Assembly (NCBI GenBank): GCA_963701965.1
Contig: OY969695.1
Coordinates: forward strand, 4,864,001-4,928,000
From: an uncultured Gemmatimonadales bacterium
GTDB taxonomy: Bacteria; Gemmatimonadota; Gemmatimonadetes; Gemmatimonadales; Gemmatimonadaceae
Direction of reading: 5' to 3'
Length of the DNA stretch: 64,000 nt
Shown piece by piece: positions 1 through 11,381 of the stretch. The notes beneath the pieces are model-generated. The model did not search any database. It was not told where the DNA came from and was given only the letters and a program-made list of their open reading frames with translations. Each line of letters begins with the position of its first letter. Positions within the stretch are counted from its first letter, which is position 1. A program made the position numbers and the translations under genes.

Positions 1-1887
1 GAGCAGGGCGTCGATCAACCGGCGTTCGCCGTCCAGATCGCAGTGCGGTGGTGCGCCGGCGACCACCCCGTGGATCCGGGCGAGATACTCGCTGGCGCCC
101 AGCTCGTTCGTCGGCTCGCCGAGCAGAACGATCGCATCGCCGTCGACGGCAAACGTCGCGCGCGTCGCGTGATCCACCGACGCCAGGAGTCCGACCATGC
201 CGACCACCGGCGTCGGATAGATGGCGCCGGACGGATTCTCGTTGTACAACGAGACGTTGCCGCCGGTCACCGGCGTCCCCAGCGCCTCACAGGCCTCGCC
301 AATGCCGGCGATCGCCTCGCGCAGCTGGAAATAGACCTCGGGCTTGGTCGGATTCCCGAAGTTCAAGCAATTCGTGATCGCCATCGGGCGCCCGCCGACA
401 CAGGCGACGTTCCGCGCCGACTCGGCGACCGCGATCCGTCCGCCCTCGCGCGGGTCGAGATACCCGTACCGCCCGTTGCCATCGGTTTTGATCGCCAGCG
501 CCCGGGTCGTGCCCCTGAGGCGCAGCACCGCCGCATCGCCTCCTCCAGGCGCCACCACGGTGTTGGTCTGCACGCTCGTGTCGTATTGGCGTGTCACCCA
601 ACGCTTGCTGGCGATCGTGGGCGACGACAACAGTCGCTCCAGCGTCCAGGCTGGATCTCTCTCCTCGCTGCGTTCGGGGATCGCCAGCACGTCGCGTTCG
701 CGAAGCGCGCGTATCGTCGCGCTTTCGCGGGCGTCGGGCGTGTAGAACGGGCAGTCGGACACCAACTGCGAGCCCGGGAACTCGGCGACGACGACGTCGC
801 CATCGGTCACCCTATATACCGGATCGGCGATCACCTCGCCAATGACGGCCGCCGTCAGGTCCCACTTGGCCAGGATGGCGTAGACCGCCTGCTCGCGTCC
901 GCGCTTGGCGACAACGAGCATGCGCTCCTGGGATTCGCTGAGCAGGATCTCGTACGGGGTCATGCCGGATTCGCGGACCGGCATCTTGCGCACGTCGATC
1001 GTGACGCCCACGTCGCCGCGCGCCGCCATCTCGGCTGACGACGATGTCAGTCCCGCGGCGCCCATGTCCTGGATGGCCACGATGTGCCCGCTTTGGATCA
1101 ACTCCAGGCTGGCCTCGAGCAGCAACTTTTCCGTGAACGGATCGCCGACCTGGACCCTTGGCCGCTTCGCTTCGCTCGCGGCCGTGAGATCTTCCGACGC
1201 GAATGACGCGCCGTGAATCCCGTCGCGACCAGTGCGGGCGCCCACGGCAATGATCGGGTTGCCGATACCCTCGGCCTTGGCCCGGATCAACTCGTCTTCG
1301 CGCAGCAGGCCGACGCACATCGCGTTGACCAGCGGGTTCCCTTCGTACGCGGGGTCGAAGACGACCTCGCCGCCGACATTGGGAATGCCGACGCAGTTCC
1401 CATAGTCACCGATGCCCCGCACCACGCCTGCGAACAGGTACCGGACGCGCGCCGAGTCCAGCGATCCGAACCGCAGCGAGTCGAGCACGGCGATCGGCCG
1501 CGCGCCCATCGTGAAAACGTCGCGCAGGATGCCGCCGACTCCGGTCGCCGCCCCCTGATAGGGCTCCACGGCCGACGGGTGGTTGTGGGACTCGATCTTG
1601 AACGCGACGGCGAGTCCGTCGCCGACGCTGATCACGCCCGCGTTCTCGCCCGGTCCCTGCAAGACCCAGGGCGCCTTGGTCGGCAGTCCGCGAAGCAGGG
1701 GTCGCGAATGCTTATAGGAGCAGTGCTCGCTCCACAGAGCGCTCACGATACCGAGCTCGGTGAACGTCGGCGCGCGCCCCAACATGCGCTCGATGCGCTG
1801 GTACTCGTCGGCGGTCAGCCCGTGTTCGGCCACCAGGGCCGGGGTGATCACGGGATCGCCGGGACGGGGCCGGACCGATACGCTCAC
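1..1887 (-). CDS. purL: Phosphoribosylformylglycinamidine synthase subunit PurL (3' end runs off the window)
   Basis: Read manually, absent from the ORF track because no stop lies in the window. GTG at 1887 gives [16 protein letters not shown]...[12 protein letters not shown], then [15 protein letters not shown] and LSESQERM motifs; adjacent to purQ/purS. Confidence 0.96.
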   Translation of the reverse strand, partial: MSVSVRPRPGDPVITPALVAEHGLTADEYQRIERMLGRAPTFTELGIVSALWSEHCSYKHSRPLLRGLPTKAPWVLQGPGENAGVISVGDGLAVAFKIESHNHPSAVEPYQGAATGVGGILRDVFTMGARPIAVLDSLRFGSLDSARVRYLFAGVVRGIGDYGNCVGIPNVGGEVVFDPAYEGNPLVNAMCVGLLREDELIRAKAEGIGNPIIAVGARTGRDGIHGASFASEDLTAASEAKRPRVQVGDPFTEKLLLEASLELIQSGHIVAIQDMGAAGLTSSSAEMAARGDVGVTIDVRKMPVRESGMTPYEILLSESQERMLVVAKRGREQAVYAILAKWDLTAAVIGEVIADPVYRVTDGDVVVAEFPGSQLVSDCPFYTPDARESATIRALRERDVLAIPERSEERDPAWTLERLLSSPTIASKRWVTRQYDTSVQTNTVVAPGGGDAAVLRLRGTTRALAIKTDGNGRYGYLDPREGGRIAVAESARNVACVGGRPMAITNCLNFGNPTKPEVYFQLREAIAGIGEACEALGTPVTGGNVSLYNENPSGAIYPTPVVGMVGLLASVDHATRATFAVDGDAIVLLGEPTNELGASEYLARIHGVVAGAPPHCDLDGERRLIDALL

Positions 1888-2327
1888 GTGCCGTGAGGCT
1901 GCGGCGTGATGACCTGATAGGGCGCCGGTCGCGCCGGCGGACGCGGTCCTTCGAAGACCATCCCGCCGGGGCGCGCGCTATCGGCCGCCAATGCCGCGAC
2001 GACCGGGGGGACCGGTGGCCGGGACGACGGCTTGGACGACAGGGTCGTAGCCGGCTGGCCGGCGCCGCTGTAACTCCGCCGCGACGAACGGATCACCGCA
2101 TCGGCGACGACGCCATGATCCAGGATCACGAGATCGTTGCCGCACGTCCGGCCGCAGTCGGCATCGAACAGGAGATAATCGTGGGCCCCGAAGTGGCGGG
2201 CCGCTGCCGGGGGCCCAAACTGGGCGACCACTTGGTCGCGCGTCATGCCGGGGGTGATCGTCGCCGTCTGCGCGGCGAGCGGGGCGCCGGCGCAGCAGGC
2301 GGCCAGCAGACCGAGTCTCAAATTCAT
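1884..2327 (-). CDS. Exported hypothetical protein with SmpA/BamE-like motif
   Basis: ATG at 2327 overlaps the purQ stop and its stop overlaps the purL start; signal peptide [20 protein letters not shown]; motif [17 protein letters not shown]; Pro-rich tail. Confidence 0.7.
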   Translation of the reverse strand: MNLRLGLLAACCAGAPLAAQTATITPGMTRDQVVAQFGPPAAARHFGAHDYLLFDADCGRTCGNDLVILDHGVVADAVIRSSRRSYSGAGQPATTLSSKPSSRPPVPPVVAALAADSARPGGMVFEGPRPPARPAPYQVITPQPHGT

Positions 2328-2992
2328 GCGGCCACGCGGTCGAGGAGGGAAGTGAAGAGCGCCAGTCCATCGTCGGAGCCGACGAGCGGATCGACCACTC
2401 GCTCCGGGTGGGGCATGAGCCCGAGGACATTGCCGGCGTCGTTCACGATGCCGGCGATATCCCGCGCCGATCCGTTGGGGTTCCAACCCGCGTACCGGAA
2501 CACCACGCGTCCCGCGGACTCCAGGGCATCGAGCGTCGACGTGTCGGCCGTGTAGCGCCCTTCGCCGTGGGCAATGGGGAACGTGACGATCTGCCCCGGC
2601 GCGTAGCCCGACGTGAACATCGTGTCGGTCGATTCGACGCGGACGCGGACGGGCGCGCAGATGTACTGCAGGCCCGCGTTGCGCATGAGGGCGCCCGGCA
2701 GGAGGCCGGCCTCACAGGCGACCTGAAATCCGTTGCAGATGGCCAGCACCGGCGCGCCGCGCTTGGCGTGGGCGGCGACGTCGGACATGATCGGGCTGAA
2801 CCGGGCGATCGCGCCGGCGCGGAGATAGTCGCCGTAGGCGAACCCGCCGGGCAGGATGACGACGTCGACGTCCTGGAGATCGTGGTCCTTGTGCCAGAGA
2901 TAGATCGCTTCTTCGCCGAGCGCGTCGACGACCGCGTGATACGCGTCCGTGTCGCAGTTCGATCCGGGAAACCGGACGATGCCGAATTTCAT
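2324..2992 (-). CDS. purQ: FGAM synthase glutaminase subunit PurQ
   Basis: MKFGIVRFPGSNCD, PGGFAYGDYLR, ICNGFQ and MPHPER motifs. Confidence 0.97.
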   Translation of the reverse strand: MKFGIVRFPGSNCDTDAYHAVVDALGEEAIYLWHKDHDLQDVDVVILPGGFAYGDYLRAGAIARFSPIMSDVAAHAKRGAPVLAICNGFQVACEAGLLPGALMRNAGLQYICAPVRVRVESTDTMFTSGYAPGQIVTFPIAHGEGRYTADTSTLDALESAGRVVFRYAGWNPNGSARDIAGIVNDAGNVLGLMPHPERVVDPLVGSDDGLALFTSLLDRVAA

Positions 2993-3246
2993 AGCGGTTC
3001 GACCCGCGTCAGCGAGAAATCCTCGACGACCGGATTCGCCAACAAACGCTGGCACATGGCGTCGACCGCGTCCCGGGCGTGATTGGCATCCGGCGCGTCC
3101 GCGTCGACCACGATATAGCGGCCGACGTGGACGTCCTGCACGCCGGCGAAGCCGAGCGTGCGCAGCGCGTCGGCGACGGCGCGGCCTTGCGGGTCGAGAA
3201 TTCCTTCCCGCGGTTTGATCTCCACCGACACTCGATACCGCGTCAT
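2989..3246 (-). CDS. purS: FGAM synthase subunit PurS
   Basis: 85 aa with ILDPQGRAV and LLANPVVE motifs; coupled to purQ. Confidence 0.96.
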   Translation of the reverse strand: MTRYRVSVEIKPREGILDPQGRAVADALRTLGFAGVQDVHVGRYIVVDADAPDANHARDAVDAMCQRLLANPVVEDFSLTRVEPL

Positions 3247-4142
3247 GGCTCCTCGTGTTCGATGACCCGGGCGATCGCCGGAGTCGATAGCTGTCCTTGT
3301 CGCCGCCGCCGGCGCCGCCGGCGCGCGTCGCGCTCCGACAGGTCGTCGTCGTCCTCTTCTTCGTCTCCCGCTCCGTAGCCCGTCGGAATCCGGTCGACGA
3401 ACCCCAAGATCAGCGTCTTGATGAGACCGTAGAGCACGTAGATCATGCCCGCCGGAAAGAAGAATTCGCGTCCGTACAACGCGATCCCGGCGACGCAGAC
3501 GATCACGAGCAGGAGACCGCCGGCGCCGCGCCAAGTGCGGACGCCGATCTTGGGCATCGCCGGGTAGGGGACGCTCGTCACCATGAGGATGGCGAGGCCG
3601 CCCATCACGTACTTCACCATCTCGTTCCACGGCATGCCGAAGAGCCGGGCGTCGTACAGCTTGGTTTGACTGAACCAGTAGTACGTCGCCAGCGTGCATC
3701 CCGCCGCCGGGCTGGGAAGCCCGATGAAGTGCGTTTTCTTGTGGCCGGCCTGGGTCACGTTGAAGCGGGCCAGGCGGATCACGGCGCAGGCCGAGAAGAT
3801 GAACACCAGCAACCACAGGGCGCCGCCTTCCTGCTGGAGCACCGAGAAATAGATGATCATCGCCGGCGCCAGGCCGAACGACACCGCATCGACCAGCGAA
3901 TCCAACTCCTCGCCGAAGCGGCTGCCCGTGCCCGTCGCCCGGGCGACCCGGCCGTCGAACCCGTCGCAGATGCCGCCCAGCACGATCCAGAGCACGGACC
4001 GGGAGAATTCGCCGCGCGACGCATCGACGATGGCGAAGATCCCGAAGAACAGGTTGCCGATCGTAAAGCCGTTCGGCAGCGCCGGCGCGGCCCGGCGCAT
4101 GTCGGCCCGCCTCAAGCGCGCCCGCATCGACGGCGGTCTCAT
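3243..4142 (-). CDS. pssA: CDP-diacylglycerol--serine O-phosphatidyltransferase
   Basis: LPNGFTIGNLFFG and DGFDGRVAR...FGEELDSLVD (CDP-alcohol phosphotransferase motif), RLARFN, FIGLPSP; follows psd. Confidence 0.92.
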   Translation of the reverse strand: MRPPSMRARLRRADMRRAAPALPNGFTIGNLFFGIFAIVDASRGEFSRSVLWIVLGGICDGFDGRVARATGTGSRFGEELDSLVDAVSFGLAPAMIIYFSVLQQEGGALWLLVFIFSACAVIRLARFNVTQAGHKKTHFIGLPSPAAGCTLATYYWFSQTKLYDARLFGMPWNEMVKYVMGGLAILMVTSVPYPAMPKIGVRTWRGAGGLLLVIVCVAGIALYGREFFFPAGMIYVLYGLIKTLILGFVDRIPTGYGAGDEEEDDDDLSERDARRRRRRRRQGQLSTPAIARVIEHEEP

Positions 4143-4785
4143 AATGGCAATTCCGCCAGCACGGTCGTGCCGGCGACGGTGCGCTGGCCGACGGTCACAT
4201 TGAGCTTCGTACCGAGCGGGAGAAAGACGTCGACCCGCGACCCGAACCGAATGATCCCCATGCGGTCGCCCTGGGCCACGCTGTCGCCCACGGCGCTGTA
4301 GGTGACGATGCGGCGGGCGATCAGCCCGGCGATCTGCCGGACCATTACCCGATACCGTCCTGATTCGAGGCCAGTGGACGACTGCTCGTTTTCCAGACTG
4401 GCTTTCTCCGACGCGGCGTGCAGGAACTTCCCGGGATTGTAGTGCCGGTAGACGACCCGCCCGCTCACCGGATACCGATTGACGTGTACATCGAACACGT
4501 TCATGAAGATCGAGACGCGGAGGGCGCGGCCGTGCACGAACGCCGGCTCGTCGACTTCGGCGATCTCCTGTAGCCGCCCATCGGCCGGACAGATCACGAC
4601 CCGGTCGCCGCGCTGGCCGCTGCGGTCCGGATCCCGAAAGAAGTACGCGACCCAGAGCGCGAGGATGGTCAACACGAACGCCGCCAGCCATAGCGGCCAG
4701 GAGCGGAGCACGAGCGCCAGCACGAACGCCGCCACGGCGACCGTCAACCCGAGGACGATGAAGACGTAGCCTTCGCGGGCGAACG

Positions 4786-4789
<4 letters not shown>
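4139..4789 (-). CDS. psd: Phosphatidylserine decarboxylase proenzyme (short type)
   Basis: [34 protein letters not shown] and IRFGSRVD (GS cleavage site). Confidence 0.95.
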
Positions 4790-5693
<904 letters not shown>

Positions 5694-5697
<4 letters not shown>

Positions 5698-7127
5698 ACC
5701 CGGACGTCCTCGGTAGGCGCGACCTCGTCGTCGATGCCTTCGAGGACGGGGGCCACGACCGTCGTCAGAAACTCGTCGACCTGCTCGGGCGCCCGGCCAA
5801 TGAAGCGCCGCGGGTCCGCCAGCTCGGCCGCCATCTCGACCGTCACCCCCGACGTGCGGTCGGCGGCGAGACGATCCAGCAGGTCGTTGCGGCCGCCCGT
5901 GCTCACCTGGCTCCGCGCGTCCATACTGTGCCGCCGGATGGTTTCGTGGGCGTCTTGCCGGTCCCCGCCGGACTTGACCGCGAGCACGATCAATTCCTCG
6001 GTGGCCATGAACGGCAACTCATCCTCAATGCGCCGGCGAATGCGCGCCGGATGCACGACCAGCCCGCGCGCCACGTTCTGCATGAGGAGAAGGATCGCGT
6101 CCGTTGCCAGGAATGCCTCGGGGATGACGAGCCGCCGGTTCGCGCTGTCGTCGAGTGTGCGCTCGAAGAACTGGGTGCTGTGGGTCTGATTGCCATTCGG
6201 TTCCAGCGACAGGACGAATCGCGCCAACGACGCAATGCGCTCGGACCGCATGGGATTCCGCTTGTACGCCATCGCCGACGAGCCGATCTGTTCGCTCTCG
6301 AAGGGTTCCTCGATCTCGCCGAAGGCCTGCAGCATGCGGATGTCGCCGCTGAACTTGGCCGCGCTGGCGGCGATACCAGCGACCACGCCCAGCACGCGCG
6401 CGTCGATCTTGCGCGAATACGTCTGCCCGGTGACCGGCAACGACCGCGCGAACTCCATGGCGGCGGTCACGCGCCGGTCCAGCTCCCGCACCTTGTCGTG
6501 GTCCCCGTCGAACAGCCGCAGGAAGCTGGCCTGGGTGCCCGTCGTCCCTTTGATGCCACGAAACGGCAGCGTCCGCTCGGCGTGCTCGAGATCGTGGACG
6601 TCGAGGACCAGGTCTTCCATCCACAGCGTCGCCCGCTTGCCCACGGTGGTGAGCTGCGCGGGCTGCAAATGGGTGTAGCCCAGGGTCGGCTCATCCCGCC
6701 ACTCTTCGGCGAAGCGCTTGAGAGTGTGCAGCACTTTGAGCAGCCGGCGCCGCAGCACGCGCAGGCCGTCGCGCATGAGAATGATGTCGGCGTTGTCCGT
6801 GATGTCGGCGCTGGTCGCGCCATAGTGGATCACGCCCCGCGCCGCAGGCGCGGCGTCGCCAAACGCCTTGACGTGGGCCATGACATCGTGCCGGGTCAGC
6901 CGCTCATACTCGGCCACCCGCCCGAAGTCGATGTCTTCGAGATGATGGGACATGGCCGCCAGCGCGGAGCTCGGAATGTCGGCGCCCAACTCGTGCTCGG
7001 CCTCGGCCAGCGCCAGCCAGATGCGCCGCCAGGTCACATACCGGCGCTGCGGTGACCAGAGCGCGAGCATCTCCGCTGACGCGTAACGCTCGGCCAGGGG
7101 AGAGCTATAGTGGTCCCGCTCAGTCAT
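5694..7127 (-). CDS. purB: Adenylosuccinate lyase
   Basis: [24 protein letters not shown] and the fumarate-lyase signature [11 protein letters not shown]. Confidence 0.96.
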
Positions 7128-7133
7128 GAACGG

Positions 7134-8510
7134 CTATTGAATGCTGAAGTCGGTCGAGAATATCTGCCTGTTACGCTCAAAGAACATTCGGATAGGACCG
7201 CGGCCGCCATAATAATTTAATGCCTTGGCCGCCTGATCCGCGCTGGTGATCGGCGTCCGGTTGATCTGGACGATCACATCGCCCGTTTGGATGCCGAGTT
7301 CGTCCGACACCCGGTTGCTGACCCGGTAGATCACGGCGCCATGCTCGGCCCGAACCCCGCGGTCGCTCTGGATCGTGGGCGTCAACGTCACCAGGTCCAG
7401 CTCCTTGAGTACTTCGACCTTGGGGGCGCTGACCTCCGGGAGGTCGGCGACGGTCACCGTGACCGACGTCGTCCGCGCCCCGCGCTTCACGGTCAGCGGC
7501 ACGGCCTGCCCGACGTGCAGATCGAGCAGCAGCGCTTCCCATTCGTACGGGTTCCGGAGCGCCCGCGTCCCGGCGCGCTCAATGACGTCGCCCGGCTCCA
7601 GTCCCGCGGTCGCCGCGGGGGAGCCGGGAACGACCGTGCGCACGACCACGCCGGAGTTGAGCGCATCGCGCGGGTTGTCGCTCTCCGGCAGGCGCAGCTT
7701 GATGCCAAACCAGGGCCGGCGGACGCTCCCATGCGCCAGCAGGTCCTCGGCCACGCGCTTGACGCGGTTGATCGGGATCGCGAAACCGAGCCCGACCGAC
7801 CCGCCGCTCGGCGAATAGATGGAACTGTTGACGCCCACGACTTCTCCCAGCGCATTGACCAGTGGTCCGCCGGAGTTGCCCGGGTTGATGGCGGCGTCCG
7901 TCTGGATCATGTCGACGTAGACGCCGTTCCCCTCGGCCTGACCGGCGAGATTGCGGCCGACGCCCGAGATCACGCCGACGGTGACGCTGGGCTCGGGGTT
8001 GCCGAGATAGAACCCGTAAGGATTCCCGATGGCGATCGCCCACTCCCCGATGATGAGGTCGTCGGAGGATCCCAGCGGCGCGACGGTCAGATTCGTAGCG
8101 GTGATCTTGAGGACGGCGAGGTCGTTGATCTCGTCCACGCCCAAGACCTTCGCGGTATACGTCGTGCCCTCGCGCAAGGCGACCTGCACGCGCGACGCGC
8201 CGGCCACGACGTGGGCGTTGGTGACGATGACGCCGTCCGCCCGAATCACAAACCCGGTGCCGAGCCCCGGTACCGTCTTGTTCTGCGGTCCGCCGCCAAA
8301 GAACGCGTCGAACGCGTCGGCCGAATGCTCGACCAACTCGGTCTGCACGGTGACGACGGAAGGCGCCACGCGAGCGACCGCGTCCGTCACCGGCGTACGG
8401 CGCAGCGTCGTCCGCGTGCGCGCCACGGCGGCCGAGTCTTTGACCGTTTGGGCATCGCCGCCGGTGCAGGCCGACAGCAAGGCGATCGAGAGCAGCAATG
8501 ACGGGCGCAT
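7134..8510 (-). CDS. HtrA/DegP-family serine protease with two PDZ domains (lipoprotein)
   Basis: Lipobox LSAC; TNAHV, DLAVLK and QTDAAINPGNSGGPL motifs. Confidence 0.93.
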   Translation of the reverse strand: MRPSLLLSIALLSACTGGDAQTVKDSAAVARTRTTLRRTPVTDAVARVAPSVVTVQTELVEHSADAFDAFFGGGPQNKTVPGLGTGFVIRADGVIVTNAHVVAGASRVQVALREGTTYTAKVLGVDEINDLAVLKITATNLTVAPLGSSDDLIIGEWAIAIGNPYGFYLGNPEPSVTVGVISGVGRNLAGQAEGNGVYVDMIQTDAAINPGNSGGPLVNALGEVVGVNSSIYSPSGGSVGLGFAIPINRVKRVAEDLLAHGSVRRPWFGIKLRLPESDNPRDALNSGVVVRTVVPGSPAATAGLEPGDVIERAGTRALRNPYEWEALLLDLHVGQAVPLTVKRGARTTSVTVTVADLPEVSAPKVEVLKELDLVTLTPTIQSDRGVRAEHGAVIYRVSNRVSDELGIQTGDVIVQINRTPITSADQAAKALNYYGGRGPIRMFFERNRQIFSTDFSIQ

Positions 8511-9187
8511 CAGGCGTCGGCGGGAGCGATCGGAGGATGGTGCGAGCTGATTTCGGCCAGAAACCGATCCAGGCCCCGATCAGTGAGCGGATTGACCAGC
8601 AGCGCGTGCAACAGATGTGGTTCGACGGCGAGGATGTCCGCTCCCGCGCGCGCGCAGCGGCCGAACTGCGCCGGACCGCGCGGGCACCAGGCCAGGACGT
8701 CGCACTCGAACGCGTGTCGCGCGAACAGGCTCGTCGTCTCGCCGACGACATCCGATCCGTCGATCCCGTAGAGATCGAGATGGTCGATGCCGATGCTGAC
8801 GATGGACGCGCCCGCCTTGGCGGCCATGAGGGCCTGGGCGGTCGTGTACACGAGGGTCGCCAGCACCCGGACTCCCTCGGCGCGCAGGCGCCGCAATGCA
8901 CCCAACGTGTCCTCGACCAGCGGCACCGCGACAATGATCTGGTCGCTGATCCGCGCCAGATCGCGGCCGAGACGGTAGGCCTCGGCGTCGGTGACGGCTT
9001 CCACCGCCGCGCACACGGGCACCCGCACCGTCTCGCAGATCGCCGCCAGCAGGTCTTGCGCATCGAGACCGGTCGCTTCGGTCTCGCGGGCGAGTATGGC
9101 CGGCGAGGCGACGACGCCGTCGAGAAACCCGCAATCGTTCGCCCAACGGATTTCCCGGGTGTCCGCGGTTGCCAAGAAGATCTTCAT
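8510..9187 (-). CDS. Transaldolase/fructose-6-phosphate aldolase family protein with catalytic residues substituted
   Basis: 225 aa, MKIFLATAD...QALMAAKAGA...NPLTDRGLDRF follows the TalC/FSA pattern, but the Schiff-base Lys position reads Ala. Confidence 0.82.
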   Translation of the reverse strand: MKIFLATADTREIRWANDCGFLDGVVASPAILARETEATGLDAQDLLAAICETVRVPVCAAVEAVTDAEAYRLGRDLARISDQIIVAVPLVEDTLGALRRLRAEGVRVLATLVYTTAQALMAAKAGASIVSIGIDHLDLYGIDGSDVVGETTSLFARHAFECDVLAWCPRGPAQFGRCARAGADILAVEPHLLHALLVNPLTDRGLDRFLAEISSHHPPIAPADA

Positions 9188-9960
9188 TCGGTCGCCAGGT
9201 AAAGCGCGGCGGGGTAGGTCACGCGTTCCAGCACCAGCCCGTGCGCTGGGGCCGGCGCCGCCGTCGCCGCGTTGTCCTCCACGCTCAGGAGGCGCGCCAC
9301 GTCGTCGGGGTCCCGGCGTCCGCGCGCCGCGTCCACCATCGTGCCCACGAGGAACCGCACCATATGGTGCAGGAACCGATTGGCCTCGATCTGAAACTCG
9401 AGCACGCCGGGACGCTCGCACCAGGTCGCATCGGTGATCTCACAACGGTGGTCGTCTTCCGGCGGCGCGGTGCCCTTGACCGCGAACGCGCGGAACGCAT
9501 GCGCTCCGCGCAAGGCACTCGCGGAGGCCCGGAGCACGCCCACGTCCAAGGGATCAGGGACGGTCCACTCATAGCGGGACCGGAATGGTGACCGGGACTG
9601 CTGGTCGATACCGACACGATAGCTGTAGCGGCGGGATACGGCGCTGTAGCGCGCGTGAAAGTCCGGCTCCATCTCGTGCGCGGCTGCGACCCAAATGTCG
9701 GACGGGAGGATGGCATTGAGCGACCGCCGGAGCTTGGGGGCGATCCAGGCCTCGGGAACCCGCACCCCGGCCGCTTGCCCGCGCGCGTGCACGCCGGCGT
9801 CGGTCCGCCCGGCACCCGTGACTTTGGTCTCCATGTTACAGAGGCGGCTCATGGCGTCTTCGAGCACTGCCTGCACCGTGCGCATCCCGGGCTGTCGCTG
9901 CCAGCCGGCAAAGCCGGCACCGTCATAGTGGAGGACGAGCTGGACCGTGCGCTCCGCCAT
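9184..9960 (-). CDS. truA: tRNA pseudouridine(38-40) synthase
   Basis: YDGAGFAGWQ, GAGRTDAGVHARGQ, FHARYSA, FLHHMVR and APAHGL motifs. Confidence 0.96.
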   Translation of the reverse strand: MAERTVQLVLHYDGAGFAGWQRQPGMRTVQAVLEDAMSRLCNMETKVTGAGRTDAGVHARGQAAGVRVPEAWIAPKLRRSLNAILPSDIWVAAAHEMEPDFHARYSAVSRRYSYRVGIDQQSRSPFRSRYEWTVPDPLDVGVLRASASALRGAHAFRAFAVKGTAPPEDDHRCEITDATWCERPGVLEFQIEANRFLHHMVRFLVGTMVDAARGRRDPDDVARLLSVEDNAATAAPAPAHGLVLERVTYPAALYLATE

Positions 9961-10067
9961 TGGGCGGAAAGTACGCGACTCGACAGAGCGTGCGCAACTA
10001 GTTGATATTGCGTCACCTGAGCCGGCGATTGTGCCGTCGCTCGCGCTCCGCTCGTCGCTCTCTTGAG

Positions 10068-11381
10068 ATGGCCCCCAGGACCCTCGCATCGCTCGCGCAC
10101 GCCCTCGCCACCGCCTCCGACCTGGATGCGGCATTGGTCGCGCTCGGTGAAGGTTTGGCCGAGGTCGACCGGACGGCGTATGTGGCACTCCTGCGGTATG
10201 ATGGCCGCCGGGAAATGATCGTTGACCGCCTGACGCCGACGGGCGGCACCGTGGGCCGGACACCTGTCGAGACGACGTTCGACCATCTCTCCGCCGCGCT
10301 CCGGCAGGCCGTCTCGGCCGGCGCCCAGTTCATCGACCTGGGCGACCAGTCGCAGGAGTACGCGCGGTTGTTCGGGATGATGCCATTCGCCGATGGCGGC
10401 ATGCTCGCCCTGCGGGGCATCCGGTTCGATGGCTATCTGGCGGCGGTCGTGGCCCTGTACGAGTCGAAGAAGATCTTCGGCACGCGGGCCTCGGAGCGCT
10501 TCGCGCCATTCGTCGCGCTGTTCGAGCTGGCGTTCGCGCGCTTCTCGGAGCGGGAAGCGCGGGACGAAGCCGTGCGGCACGTCGAGGACGTCACGCACCG
10601 GGTCCATGGCGAATACGTGAAGAAGCTGGCGGCGCTGGAACGCCGCCTGGTCGCCAAGCAGACGGCCAACCAGGAACAGGCGGCCACGGCGACTCGCCTG
10701 ATCGCGCTGGAGGCCGAGGCGGCCGAAGCCGCGGAAGAGGCGCGACGCTCGGCCCGGAGAGCGGACGACTTGGAACAACAGGTCGCGGCCGCGGTGGCGC
10801 AGCTCGAGCAATCGCACGTCGAGATGCATCGGCGGAGCGAAACGCTCCGCCAGAAGACGCGCACGCTGTACCTGATCGATCGCGTGCTGTCACTCGATAA
10901 CGCGGCGACCGATCCGCGCAAGTTGATCGATGGCCTTCTGGCGCTCGTCGGCAATGACATGCAAGCGCAACGCTGCTCGCTCATGCTGCTGGCGCCGGAG
11001 CCGGGATACCTGTACCTGGCGGCGGCGCGCGGGCTGGCGCCGCACATCGTCGAGGGATCGCGGATCGCGATCGGCGAAGGAGTCGCCGGGCGCGTGGCGG
11101 CGTCACGGGAGCCGATGCTGGTGCAGGACGTCGAGGGCGCGCAGTCGCATCCGCTGCTGCGCGATCAGTATTTCACGACGGGATCGTTCATCAGCTTCCC
11201 GTTGGTCTACCACGATGATCTCGTGGGAGTCGTGAACCTCACGAATCGGGCGCAGCGCGGCGTGTTCGTCGAAGAGGATGTCGAGCGGGTCCGCTTGCTG
11301 GGCCTCGTGATCTCGCTCGTGGTGTCGCACGCGCGGCTCGGCCGGGCACCGGCCGGCAATGGAGCGCTGTACGCCACCTGA
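10068..11381 (+). CDS. GAF-domain protein (N-terminal GAF-like region, coiled coil, C-terminal GAF; no output domain)
   Basis: C-terminal RCSLML...IGEGVAGRVA...SFISFPL...GVVNLTNR...FVEEDVE is a typical GAF domain; Ala/Glu/Gln-rich coiled coil in the middle. Confidence 0.82.
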   Translation: MAPRTLASLAHALATASDLDAALVALGEGLAEVDRTAYVALLRYDGRREMIVDRLTPTGGTVGRTPVETTFDHLSAALRQAVSAGAQFIDLGDQSQEYARLFGMMPFADGGMLALRGIRFDGYLAAVVALYESKKIFGTRASERFAPFVALFELAFARFSEREARDEAVRHVEDVTHRVHGEYVKKLAALERRLVAKQTANQEQAATATRLIALEAEAAEAAEEARRSARRADDLEQQVAAAVAQLEQSHVEMHRRSETLRQKTRTLYLIDRVLSLDNAATDPRKLIDGLLALVGNDMQAQRCSLMLLAPEPGYLYLAAARGLAPHIVEGSRIAIGEGVAGRVAASREPMLVQDVEGAQSHPLLRDQYFTTGSFISFPLVYHDDLVGVVNLTNRAQRGVFVEEDVERVRLLGLVISLVVSHARLGRAPAGNGALYAT

